63,545 nucleotides of DNA, filler included, from Nitrospinae bacterium RIFCSPLOWO2_12_FULL_45_22 (GCA_001803565.1; 8 parts of 8 records of this genome joined end to end with filler, not necessarily neighbours in it); one strand, 5' to 3'. Positions 36,936-46,698 are shown, counted from the first letter of the whole stretch. The notes: generated by a model from the letters alone, not told the origin. Translations and numbers: made by a program.

Positions 36936-39659
36936 GGGATTCTTGGTATTTTTTACCTCTTTCCAGGGCATCTTTATATTCCGAATGGTCCGCTCATCCC
37001 AATGCATCGCCTTAGGATCAATGCCATAATCCTCAGGCCGGATGTAAGGATTAGAGCTGACAATAACATTGGGCAGGTAAGGGCTCGCCTCTGGACCTTC
37101 CCGGTGCACTACGAAGTTTTCTCCGTACTCGATGGCATCAGGGATGTCACAGTAGGCATGGAGCCTGCCGGTATCGGTATAGAAAGGTATGCTGTCTGTA
37201 ACCTGCTCATAAAAGGGATTCCTGGGATAAGTCCGGAAAAGCATCAGTGCTGCCCCCGGCTCTCCGTACTTGCCTGCCATAATATCTTCCACTCTATACC
37301 CCACGGTAGTAGTGGATGAATCGAGGAGCCGCTGGATATAGACCTCCCGCTTTCCTTCCAGGGCAAACCTCCAGTAGTCGGAGAATCTCTTATCGCCCGT
37401 CAGCTCCCCCAGTTTCTTGGCGATCTCAGCTAATATTGTTAGGTCATCCCTGGTATCATATAAGGGCTTAATACCTCCCTTCCAGATTTGCAGGAAGGGA
37501 TTAGAACAGGCGGCGGTGATCTCTAATCCCTCAAACTCCATCCAGGAATTGGCTGGGAGGGCAATATCTGAATACTCGACACTGGCCGTCATCTCAATAT
37601 CTACTGAGATGATTAATTCAACGTGGGGGTCTACGTTCTTAAGCATATCGTAGGCATGCTTAGCATTGTTGATGAGATTAACATTGGAAAAGAACATCAC
37701 CTTTGTCGGGGTGGGCATATGGGTCTTGCCGGTGAATACCTTACGGCCATGCTTAGGGGTTTCAACTATTAATGGCCGGTCTCCATGATTCCAGTAGGCC
37801 GGCTCTTCATCCTTGGTATAGGCATGGGCATGGATTTCCTTTCCATGAGCCTTTTCATCCAGGTTCATCTGGAAGGGGTCTTCAGCTACCCAACCCTTGA
37901 AGCCTGGGCCCGTCTCTGCTGAGCCCTGAAAAAGGGCTGACTTATAATTGCCTGCCCAGGTATGGGCACCAGAGCCAGGGATACCAATATTGCCGGTAAG
38001 CATTAAGGGTAGATAGGTAGCCCGGTTATGAAGGGTAGCATGGAAATAATGATTAATCCCTTCGCCGTAATGGATAGAAACGGGTTTAATGGTAGCAATA
38101 TCATGAGCCAGCCTGAGGATCAGGTCTTTTGGGGCATGAGTAATCTCTACGACGGTATCTATATCATAGTCCTGGAGATGGATTTTATACATCTCCCAAA
38201 GGGTCATGGCTTCAACGCTGCTACCATCTGCCAATTTGACCTGACCTTTCCATTCCAGCTTTGGGTCAATCCCCTTCTCAACCATCTTGGCGCCCACATG
38301 GTCTCTGGTAATAGCCTGTGGCTCGCCAGTCTTAGAATCTATAACTACATAATCCCCTAGTTTTTCGTACTGTTCGTCCTTAAGACCATGGAGTTTGAAG
38401 CTGGCACCATCTTTGCTCAGGCCGGGTTTATAACCGGGAAATACCTCATGAGCCCTGAGACGCATTAGGTTATCGGTCCGGACTAACAGGGGAAGGTCGG
38501 TGAATTTCTTGACAAAATCCTCATCATATTTCTTTTCATCCATCAGGATCTTAGTGATCCCTAAGAATATGGCAGTATCAGAGAGACCGGGTCTTACTGG
38601 GATATAGTAATCGGCCTTGGCACCCGGCGGATTATACTCCGGGGCTATGACGACAATCTTTCCTCCTCGTTCTACCGTCTCATTGAGCCAATGGGATTCG
38701 GGCATCTTGTTCTCTATAAGGTTTTTACCTACCTGGATAGTCAGCTTGGAGAAGCGGATATCATTAAAGTCTATCTCAGAAGCCTGGAGACCATGGACAT
38801 AGGGATGACCTGGGGCCTGGTCACCATGCCAGGTATAGTTAGACCAGGTTCTTCCTCCTAAAGCCCGCTCCGGCTCTACCTTCCGGATATGGGTATCTAA
38901 CAAGGCCAAAGAATTGCTTAGACGATACATACCATATTTGCCTATAACGCCAAGGAGGCCCATGCCACCCCGGAGCTTGAAAGTCCGGGTGCCGGCGATT
39001 CCTCCTTGAGTATCCTTCATCGGCTCGATCATCTCTGGGGGATACCCTTCATCGAGCAGACGTTTGGCACCCTCCTCGCCACTATATGTTTGGGCAATAT
39101 GGATAAACCCTTTGGCTATATAGTCATTTACCTCCTCCCAAGATGCTCTAACAAACTCGTCCTGCCCCCGGGCATCAAACATATACTTGCTTTTATTCGC
39201 TGGTGTAAGCTCGGGAAAACCGTCATCCGCCCATTGTTTCCATCCCTTACGGATGATAGGATATTTAAGCCGGTAAGGGCCGTAGACCCGCCGAGGGAAG
39301 GTATAACCTTTGAGACACATCCGGGGATTCCAGTTAGGAGTCGCCTTATTTCCATAGAGATCAGAGTATCTTTGATGGTCATAATTCTGCTCTACCCGTA
39401 CTGCTACCCCATTTCGGACAAATGCCTTTACCCGGCAATGATGGGTATCGTTCGGAGAACAAACAAAGGTAAAAGAAGAATCATAACGGTACTGATCATG
39501 ATAAATCTTTTCCCAATCCCGGTCGGGATAGTTTTCTAAAGGATTACCAACGTCTACCGCGGGCTGCAAGCTCTTGAGCCCGTAAGCTTTACCAGTAATA
39601 GCTGTCAATACTCCGGCCGTCAAGGACCCTTTCAAAAACTTCCTTCTGGTTAGATCCAT
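36936..39659 (-). CDS. nxrA: Periplasmic nitrite oxidoreductase/nitrate reductase alpha subunit, anammox/Nitrospira type; 3' end truncated
   Basis: Tat signal [25 protein letters not shown] (Cys-Asp-Cys-Cys FS0); [13 protein letters not shown] (Mo-ligand Asp); [14 protein letters not shown] 39659 with GGAGG RBS. Confidence 0.92.
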
Positions 39660-39855
39660 TATCCCTTCCTCCACAAATAATAACTAATAACCAAACAAAA
39701 ACTCAAAGGCGGCACAGGTAAAAACTCCCTTTTTTATCAGGCATTCTTTATTTCCTCGTTGGCATTTTTAAAACAAGAGGGATAAAAATGACATCTATTT
39801 ATCCCCATTATTCTCAAAATCCCCCTCTTTTGTTCGGTTGATATGTTATACCCTT

Positions 39856-40860
39856 TCAATTAGTCATAGCCTCTACCATAATACTGTAACACTCTATGCA
39901 CCTGGAACAGGCCCCATCCTCTACGGCCCATTGAGGATGATTCTCCTGAATAATTTTTATTACCGGCTCCTCAAGCTTTGCGGGCAAGTCATCTTCCCAG
40001 TAATAAGTGGGAAAACGGCAGAGGGGGCAGGGTGTTCCCGGAATATTCACTTTATTGCTATTACCGTTACCTTCTAGATAAAGGGTCCCGGTTCTTTTTA
40101 TAAGATTGGATATATCTTGAGCCATCTCTAATAAATCTCTATGGGTCAAGTCTTTGGCATTCCAGAACCATTCAAATATTGTCTTCCTTTGAGACTCCGG
40201 CAACCCTTGATAAAGGGTATCAAATTCCTCTACCCGCTTATCTCTTCCCTTCATCAATTCTTTACCCTGGCGGGATAGACGACCATCAATATAAATATCC
40301 CATAGTAAACTATATCGTTCCCTGACCCAATTTTTGGGAGACGGAATCATTTTAAGACCTTCGTCGTATTTAAATGCCTTATCGAGGATATCTGACACGT
40401 GCATAAATTCGTGGCGCAGAAAATTTTGTAACCGGTCTTTCTCAGTAAAATAGTGGCTCAGTAGTTTTATTAAGATGATTTTAGCGCCCCTCCCTTCTTT
40501 TTCACCCATAAGATCAGCGCCAGCATCTCCTTCAAAGGAAGCCATCTTAAGGTAGATAAGGTCTACATCGTCTTCAAATAAGGGGTATTCTCTAACGGTT
40601 TCCTCTAACGTATTTCCTAATCTCCATTTACGAAAGAGCTTCTGGTAGATAAGCTGGAAGGCTTTATCTCGTTCCTCCAGAGAATCCATTTCGTAAACCG
40701 GGTCTGTTAATGAATGATATTCCTTAAAAAACCCGAGATTCCCCTCCCCTTCTTTACGCTGAACTTCTAGCAAAACCACTGACTCAATTAATGCTGGGTC
40801 ATACTGAATATCCATAATAGCGTATTCCCTTTGCCTTGGAGAAAAACTATTAAGTTGCAT
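39856..40860 (-). CDS. Unknown protein with HExxH and C-terminal CxxC..CxxC, upstream of nxrA
   Basis: LRHEFMHVSD; CPLCRFP...ACSRCIEC; possible start at 40815. Confidence 0.75.
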   Translation of the reverse strand: MQLNSFSPRQREYAIMDIQYDPALIESVVLLEVQRKEGEGNLGFFKEYHSLTDPVYEMDSLEERDKAFQLIYQKLFRKWRLGNTLEETVREYPLFEDDVDLIYLKMASFEGDAGADLMGEKEGRGAKIILIKLLSHYFTEKDRLQNFLRHEFMHVSDILDKAFKYDEGLKMIPSPKNWVRERYSLLWDIYIDGRLSRQGKELMKGRDKRVEEFDTLYQGLPESQRKTIFEWFWNAKDLTHRDLLEMAQDISNLIKRTGTLYLEGNGNSNKVNIPGTPCPLCRFPTYYWEDDLPAKLEEPVIKIIQENHPQWAVEDGACSRCIECYSIMVEAMTN

Positions 40861-40936
40861 TCATAACGAATGTAACGGAGACCCTAAAAGGAAAGGCGCC
40901 CAAAGGGCCCCCTGCCACTATAAGCGCTCCTGGTCT

Positions 40937-41314
40937 TTAAGGGTTTATGCAAGGATCCAGTTTTTGCAATACATTTGATAATTCTTCCTCTCTAACGGGA
41001 GTCGTTATAACTTTCCAGACCCCTGCCTGCAGAATTTGTCTAGGATCAATTTGCGAGTTTTCTGGGATGACGGCTAGAATAGGGGCCTTCTTTGATGCTG
41101 CATGTATGGTAGAAACCATGTTCCAATCAAGGGCATCGCCTAAACAAGCAATGATCAAGTTGAATTCCCTTTTATGAAGAAACTTTAAAGCCTCCAGGGT
41201 GTTGGAGGTAGTGATGGTGTGATAAGGACCCCGGTTTAAGACATCTTGCACTATCCTCTGGTCAGACGTTCCAGAATTAAAAACCAAGATATCCCTCGAT
41301 ATGGTTACCATCAC
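40937..41314 (-). CDS. Stand-alone atypical (pseudo-)receiver domain
   Basis: Receiver-like pattern ILVF..EALKFL..FNLII..PIL..AG..I.TP..EEL, lacking the acidic pocket, phospho-Asp and Lys. Confidence 0.7.
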   Translation of the reverse strand: MMVTISRDILVFNSGTSDQRIVQDVLNRGPYHTITTSNTLEALKFLHKREFNLIIACLGDALDWNMVSTIHAASKKAPILAVIPENSQIDPRQILQAGVWKVITTPVREEELSNVLQKLDPCINP

Positions 41315-41370
41315 CTAATGATCTCCCTTGATGGATGATTGCGCCAGGTTTTAATAGGTCCCCAGAATGC

Positions 41371-41386
41371 AGCAAGACTTATGCCA
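41371..41386 (-). promoter_or_regulatory. Sigma-54 (-24/-12) promoter
   Basis: TGGCAT-AAGTC-TTGCT on the minus strand, about 55 nt upstream of the receiver gene. Confidence 0.8.
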
Positions 41387-41480
41387 TTTAAGCTATGGGA
41401 TGCAGGTAGAATAAAGATTGGTGGCTATTATTGGTTATGTTAGCAGAGGATAATTTCTTAAGAGGAAGGACTAACTTTGC

Positions 41481-41529
41481 CTGGCAAGCAGGGCATTTTG
41501 CCCTGCTTGCCAGGGCAAAATGCCCTGCT
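41481..41529. promoter_or_regulatory. Tandem palindromic upstream activator sites (bEBP enhancer candidate)
   Basis: CAGGGCA-ttt-TGCCCTG (41489-41505) and CAGGGCA-aaa-TGCCCTG (41511-41527), 22 bp apart, 100-140 nt upstream of the -24 box. Confidence 0.65.
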
Positions 41530-41605
41530 GGGGTAGTAGCATAACTTTGCGGTTTAAGTAGCTTTTGATTATCATGGCGTCGCTCCTAAAACGATACAAT
41601 CTTAA

Positions 41606-41848
41606 GCGTAACGAAAACGAGCTGAGCGGCGGGGCTGATCGTTAATTGATTCTCACGGATTGTAGAGATCGTTTTCTTTGATAGCTTTTAGACATTCATC
41701 TACTCCTAATCCTTGCTCCAATTCTATCCATTCGCCGGTATGCCTCATGTACGATAAATTGATTTAATACTATCTTCGATACCCTACCGCGGTAAATTGC
41801 TATCCTTTGCCATTGCCTTCTCGGTAAGACTCTACTGCTTAGCACACC
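41606..41848 (-). pseudogene. Decayed gene cassette with half-deleted attC
   Basis: Residual frame NLSYMRHTGEWIELEQGLGVDECLKAIKENDLYNP*; last R' GTTACGC at 41606-41612. Confidence 0.45.
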
Positions 41849-41921
41849 GTCTAACGATGTGCTGGCCGGCTGGAAATGAGCGTCAGCGATTTACCAATCC
41901 GTGTCCAGAGACTGGTTAGCA
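41849..41921 (-). other. attC site
   Basis: R'' TGCTAAC ... R' GTTAGAC, directly after yafQ. Confidence 0.7.
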
Positions 41922-41931
41922 GGAAATGTTT

Positions 41932-42201
41932 TTATTCAAATAAGTCAGAATGGGTACCAGTTCTTTCAAAGATTATTGCGGAACCTGTTATCTTGTAAAT
42001 CAACAGCCAATCTGGCTCTATATGGCATTCCCGCCTGTTTTTATAGTTGCCTATTAATTTGTGGTCTTTATAATTAACATCAAGGCGGTCTCCATTTACA
42101 AGCTTTTTGATAACCTTTTTGATTTTTTCTGGGGACTTCCCTCGTTTCTCCATTCTTTTTATATCTTTTACAAATTGCTTTGTATAAGAAGGAATTCGCA
42201 C
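41932..42201 (-). CDS. yafQ: YafQ-family mRNA interferase toxin (cassette)
   Basis: DHKLIGNYKNRRECHIEPDWLLIY..RTGTHSDLF. Confidence 0.92.
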   Translation of the reverse strand: MRIPSYTKQFVKDIKRMEKRGKSPEKIKKVIKKLVNGDRLDVNYKDHKLIGNYKNRRECHIEPDWLLIYKITGSAIIFERTGTHSDLFE

Positions 42202-42471
42202 TTATATCCCCAGCTTGTCGAACATATCATCTGCGTCTTCACAACGAATCAGATTCCTATTTGCGTCTGTGTCTTTGAATACCTTTTCAGTTGTTTTGTT
42301 GGGGATAACAACATTAAATGGCAACCCATTCCTTAACTTAACCTGTCGATAAAATACAGTAATCGCCTCTGTTGCAGAAAGACCTAATTTTTCAAAAAGT
42401 TTTTCTACGTCTTCCTTAAGTTCAGGTTCAATTCGTGCTCTGACTGTAGCAGTCTTTGCCATAAACACCAC
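42202..42471 (-). CDS. dinJ: DinJ/RelB antitoxin (cassette)
   Basis: TVRARIEPELKE..LGLSATEAI..GLPF..PNKTT. Confidence 0.9.
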   Translation of the reverse strand: MVFMAKTATVRARIEPELKEDVEKLFEKLGLSATEAITVFYRQVKLRNGLPFNVVIPNKTTEKVFKDTDANRNLIRCEDADDMFDKLGI

Positions 42472-42559
42472 CTCCCAATAAAAAAATAACCCATATGGGC
42501 TACGATGTCAATTTGTTTTTGTGGCCCATATGGGGTGTGTGTAGGGGATGTATTATACC

Positions 42560-42635
42560 TGCTAACGGCTGAGGCATCACCTGCGGGCGCGTCCGCGCGG
42601 GCGGGCGGTCCGTCAGGTGCATGCCCGGGTTCGAC
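42560..42635 (-). other. attC site
   Basis: R'' GTCGAAC, L'' CATGCACC, L' GGTGATG, R' GTTAGCA (complement of the next R'' TGCTAAC). Confidence 0.85.
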
Positions 42636-43716
42636 GACCCTTCCGCTGAAGAGGTTTCCCTGCAGTCAACTTGAATAGCACACTCAAGCCCGGATCCCCG
42701 GCGATCGTGATCCCGTGAGCGGAACCGAGGAGTTTCGTCATGTCCTTGCCAGCCTCTTCGATCGCCTTCAGGACGAGAGCACCCGTCGGATCCGCAAAGG
42801 AGGCCATTCCCAGTGATACCCATTTCAGAGCCGTGCCGAAAATCTTGCGCCAGAGCTTGCCCTTCTCCAGTTCAATTCTTCTATGGATTTCGGCAACGTA
42901 GGGCATGACGGTGGTCTCGACCAGGAAGCGGGCCTCCTCTCGGACGCGGGAGTAATCAGGCTTGTCGCCAAGCAGTTTCCGTAGCTCGGCGGCCAACTTC
43001 AGAGTCATCATGCGAAAGGGGACAAGTTCGTCTGAAAAACGCCCGCGTATCTCAAGCAAGTCCTCGGCGGTTGACCAGTGCACCGCTGGCATATGGAGAG
43101 AAAGGAGCTCCAGACCGATTGCCGCCGCTAGATCCGGCGCGGAGCGCAGCAGGGGCCGAACATCGGGAACCGGAAGAGCACCTTCGTCGCTAACCGCAAT
43201 CCATCGGTTCTTGATTGCGAGGTACCGGGCGGAAGGCAGAACTCGGACAAGAATGTCGTCATCAAGCTCCGGATGCGCCTTGGTGAACTCTTCCACGGCC
43301 TCCAACTCGGGTGTCTTGCCCATGAGGAAGGCGGCGAATTCGTCCACAGGCAGCCCACCCGACGTGAGCTTGGAGACCATGTCATTGACCGTGGCGGTCA
43401 AGAGACCCGGGTGGTAGTAGACCGTGTCGCCAAGAAGCGGCTTGATGTCCAAAACGAAGCAGTAGAACTTGCCGGTCCTCTCGATGGTCTTCTGCGCACT
43501 AGGACCCGAATGGTCCCCCATCACCCCGATTTGGATCTTGTCTGGAAGGCCCTTGAGATACTGGGTATATCTTGCGACCGTTGACGCGTCGTCGCTCAGG
43601 GTCACGAAATGGACGCGGTCAAAATAGAGGTGCATCGACGCGAAGTGGTTTCGGTCGTGCGGGTAACAGTCTGGGTAGTAGATGGCCTCCAACGCCTCGT
43701 TGCTGCCTTGGGGCAT
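42613..43716 (-). CDS. GC-rich hypothetical cassette protein (DUF6236-like pattern)
   Basis: AIYYP..LYFDRVH N-terminus, EDLLEIRGRFSDELVPFR; ATG 43716 with GGAGGT RBS; stop inside the attC. Confidence 0.7.
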   Translation of the reverse strand: MPQGSNEALEAIYYPDCYPHDRNHFASMHLYFDRVHFVTLSDDASTVARYTQYLKGLPDKIQIGVMGDHSGPSAQKTIERTGKFYCFVLDIKPLLGDTVYYHPGLLTATVNDMVSKLTSGGLPVDEFAAFLMGKTPELEAVEEFTKAHPELDDDILVRVLPSARYLAIKNRWIAVSDEGALPVPDVRPLLRSAPDLAAAIGLELLSLHMPAVHWSTAEDLLEIRGRFSDELVPFRMMTLKLAAELRKLLGDKPDYSRVREEARFLVETTVMPYVAEIHRRIELEKGKLWRKIFGTALKWVSLGMASFADPTGALVLKAIEEAGKDMTKLLGSAHGITIAGDPGLSVLFKLTAGKPLQRKGRRTRACT

Positions 43717-43744
43717 GTGCCCACCTCCATGTTTGGTCCGTCGA

Positions 43745-44085
43745 ATCGGGATAGGGGGACGTCTCACGACGCCCCTCCTCCCACACCACCGGGCATACGG
43801 ATCACGTACCTCGGCGGTTCGGCTGATTAAGTCAACCAGACTTGTTGACCGAGGCGTCTCTTCTTAGCTCCGGTCACGAATTTCACCGGGTCTAGTGCAT
43901 TATCCATGAGCGTTACTAAGCAACTTCCTCTCTCTTTTAATCCCTTTCGGGAACCGTTCAGGCCTTCGGAGACGGCATGACACCAAACTCAGTCCGTTTA
44001 GGTCAAGAGTTTCCGTCACCTGCTCTTTCGATATACAGGGCGGGTTCCTAGTTCGTCCATGCGAGCCTTGCCTGCTGCCTGCGTC
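43745..44085 (-). mobile_element. Group IIC intron, 3' half, reverse-transcriptase ORF deleted; 5' part beyond contig end
   Basis: Domain V GAACCGCCGAGGTACGTGATCCGTATGCCCGGTGGT (CGC triad); domain VI ending CCTATCCCGAT|TCGAC. Confidence 0.85.
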
Positions 44086-44185
44086 NNNNNNNNNNNNNNN
44101 NNNNNNNNNNNNNNNNNNNNNNNNNNNNNTTAATTAATTAANNNNNNNNNNNNNNNNNNNNNNNNNNNNNNNNNNNNNNNNNNNN

Positions 44186-44864
44186 GCAGGGTCTTGCGGC
44201 GTTGAGCAAACGAAACCCGCACCAGTTGAAAAAATAAGGCTTCATCTAAAAGGGCCACCCGGGGTCCGGGCAAAGGAGTAATTCTTAATAGCGAGGATTC
44301 TACCCTGGGTGAGGGCCAGAAGGCCTGGGCTGATACTTGTAAACACTCCTCTACCTCACAGTAGAGTTGTACCGCTATAGAGAGGGGGCTATAATCTTTC
44401 TGGCCAGGTAGGGCCCTTATCCTGGTTGCTACCTCTCGCTGAAGCATTATATGCATATCCTTTATCTGATTTTTATATTCCAACAACCTGAATATGATAG
44501 GTGTAGAGATATAGTAGGGTAAGTTAGCTACTACTTTTAACCCCTCTCCTAAAATAGAATAGTCAAAACTCAAGGCATCTGCCCTTATTATTTGCAGATT
44601 AGGATAATGACCTAGTTCCTTTTTTAGGAGCTGGTGCAGCTTTTCATCTAACTCCAGGCTGATAACCCGCTGGGCTATATCGGCTAAGCCCCGCGTGAGA
44701 GTCCCTAAGCCTGAACCGATTTCTAACACGGTATCATCTGGGCTTATCCGGGCGAGGCGAATAATACCTTTCAAGACCTGAGGATCAATTAAGAGGTTTT
44801 GCCCCCAGCGTTTTTTCAGGTAAATTCCAGCTTCTTTGAGGAGTTTTTTTTGTTCTTTTAACAA
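44186..44864 (-). CDS. rsmA: 16S rRNA dimethyladenosine transferase, truncated
   Basis: KKRWGQNLL, LEIGSGLG, ANLPYYIS, QREVA, RRKTL. Confidence 0.95.
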
Positions 44865-45856
44865 GGGAGGGGTTTCATATGGGCAGCTAATTTGACCGCT
44901 TCTATCAGGCTACCGGGATTAGCCAGGCCCTTACCAGCAATATCATATGCTGTACCATGATCCACAGAAGTCCGGACTATAGGCAGCCCGAGGGTTACAT
45001 TTACCGCCCGGCCAAAAGCCGCCATCTTTACCGGGATTAACCCTTGATCATGATACATAGCAATTATAACATCGAAATTCTGGCTCCTGCTGGGTTGGAA
45101 GAGGGTATCGGCTGGATAAGGGCCGGTAATACCTATGCCTGTCTTCTGAGCTTCTTCCATTGCAGGGATAAGGCATTGCTTTTCCTCCGTGCCAAATAAT
45201 CCCCCTTCACCAGCATGTGGGTTTAAGGCGGCCAGGGCAATCTTAGGCCTGGGGATATTAAAACACTCCATAGCACGATGGGTCAAGTTGATAGTCTTCA
45301 ACACCTGGTTATAGGTAATCTTAGGGCATACTTCCCTTAATGGCAGATGAGTAGTAACCAGGACAATTCTTAATTGGCCACCTATCATCATCATGGCATA
45401 ATCCTGGGCATCAGTAAGTTCGGCCAGTAGTTCAGTATGGCCAGGATAAGGATACCCTGCCAGGTTAAGGGCCTCTTTATTGATAGGGGCAGTGACTATA
45501 CCATGGACCTTTTTAGCCAGGGCCAGCTCTACTCCCTTAAAGATATATTCCGCTGCGGCCCGGCCAGATGCCGCACTGATTTTGCCCACTTTAATGTCCG
45601 TTGGGGCTATATTGTCTAAATCAAAAACCAATAATCTATCGGGAGAAAAAATGCTCGCATCTATCCTGGTTATTCCTTCAATCCTTACATTGGTTCCTAG
45701 ACTCCTGGCTGTCTCTTGCAGAATTTTTAGATCGCCTATAACCAGGGGCTGGCATTCCCTACCAAATCTTTCCTCCTGCCAGCCTTTAATGATAATTTCT
45801 GGTCCTATGCCAGCAGGGTCTCCCATAGTGATAGCAACTATAGGTAAAGGTTCCAT
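44858..45856 (-). CDS. pdxA: 4-hydroxythreonine-4-phosphate dehydrogenase
   Basis: TMGDPAGIGPE, GHTE, LNPHAGE, MYHDQG, RTSVDHGTA. Confidence 0.95.
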   Translation of the reverse strand: MEPLPIVAITMGDPAGIGPEIIIKGWQEERFGRECQPLVIGDLKILQETARSLGTNVRIEGITRIDASIFSPDRLLVFDLDNIAPTDIKVGKISAASGRAAAEYIFKGVELALAKKVHGIVTAPINKEALNLAGYPYPGHTELLAELTDAQDYAMMMIGGQLRIVLVTTHLPLREVCPKITYNQVLKTINLTHRAMECFNIPRPKIALAALNPHAGEGGLFGTEEKQCLIPAMEEAQKTGIGITGPYPADTLFQPSRSQNFDVIIAMYHDQGLIPVKMAAFGRAVNVTLGLPIVRTSVDHGTAYDIAGKGLANPGSLIEAVKLAAHMKPLPC

Positions 45857-46074
45857 CGCTTTGACCCATTCTTATTGACTTGACAATGACACTTTTGCTA
45901 ATAGCAACCCGGCCAAGCAATTTCTAAATCTCAAGCACTAAATCCTAAACAATATCAAAATCCTAAATCTCAAAACTATTTTATTATTTTGAATTTCGGT
46001 CATTTGAATTTGTTTAGGAATTAGAATTTTGAATTTAGGAATTAGCGTTATTTAACAGTGTTGAGCTAATTTGT

Positions 46075-46116
46075 AAAAAGGATAGAGGGCCGTGATAATC
46101 TTCGGCCCTTTATCCT
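46075..46116 (-). terminator. Rho-independent terminator of the ferredoxin gene
   Basis: AGGATAAAGGGCCG/CGGCCCTCTATCCT stem plus T-run on the minus strand. Confidence 0.7.
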
Positions 46117-46128
46117 GCACGGGCTATC

Positions 46129-46305
46129 CTATGCGGCTGATATGACCTCTAGCGGACAAGCCTCCAGGCATTGTCCGCAATCAGTGCAATCATCGGGATT
46201 AGCTACCGTAGAGACATCATTCTGCATAACCAAAACCCCACTGGGACAGGTATCAATACAGACCTGACAACCAGTGCAATCATCGGCACTAATTTGCACT
46301 ACCAC
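46129..46305 (-). CDS. 2x[4Fe-4S] ferredoxin (58 aa)
   Basis: Not in the ORF track; AGGAGGTG RBS, GTG start; CTGCQVCIDTCP and CTDCGQCLEACP. Confidence 0.92.
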   Translation of the reverse strand: MVVQISADDCTGCQVCIDTCPSGVLVMQNDVSTVANPDDCTDCGQCLEACPLEVISAA

Positions 46306-46698
46306 TCGTTATCTCACCTCCTTGTATAGTTATTGCACCGTAAAGGATGCTGCTAGGTAATAACTATTATACTGGTTAGTTCCAACAGATCAATCAAAAT
46401 CGTCATCTTAATACCAAACTCCTGCCAAATAAGGACTTGTTTGTCTGTTCCCTTTGACATTTAATCTTTAAATGACTACAATTCTGTCTAAACAACAGAT
46501 CAAATTTACCATTTTTGCTATAATTGATATGGGTGTGGCTATTCTTTTTGTTGATTTTGAGTAAAGGATGACCGAGACCCTCAAGACCCTTGGTTTGTTA
46601 TAATATTGTGATTTTATACTTTCAGAAAATCTGCGGGACAACAATGTCCCGCCACCCTGACTTGTTTCAGGGTGGGCGGGGTTTTCTAACCCCGCAAA

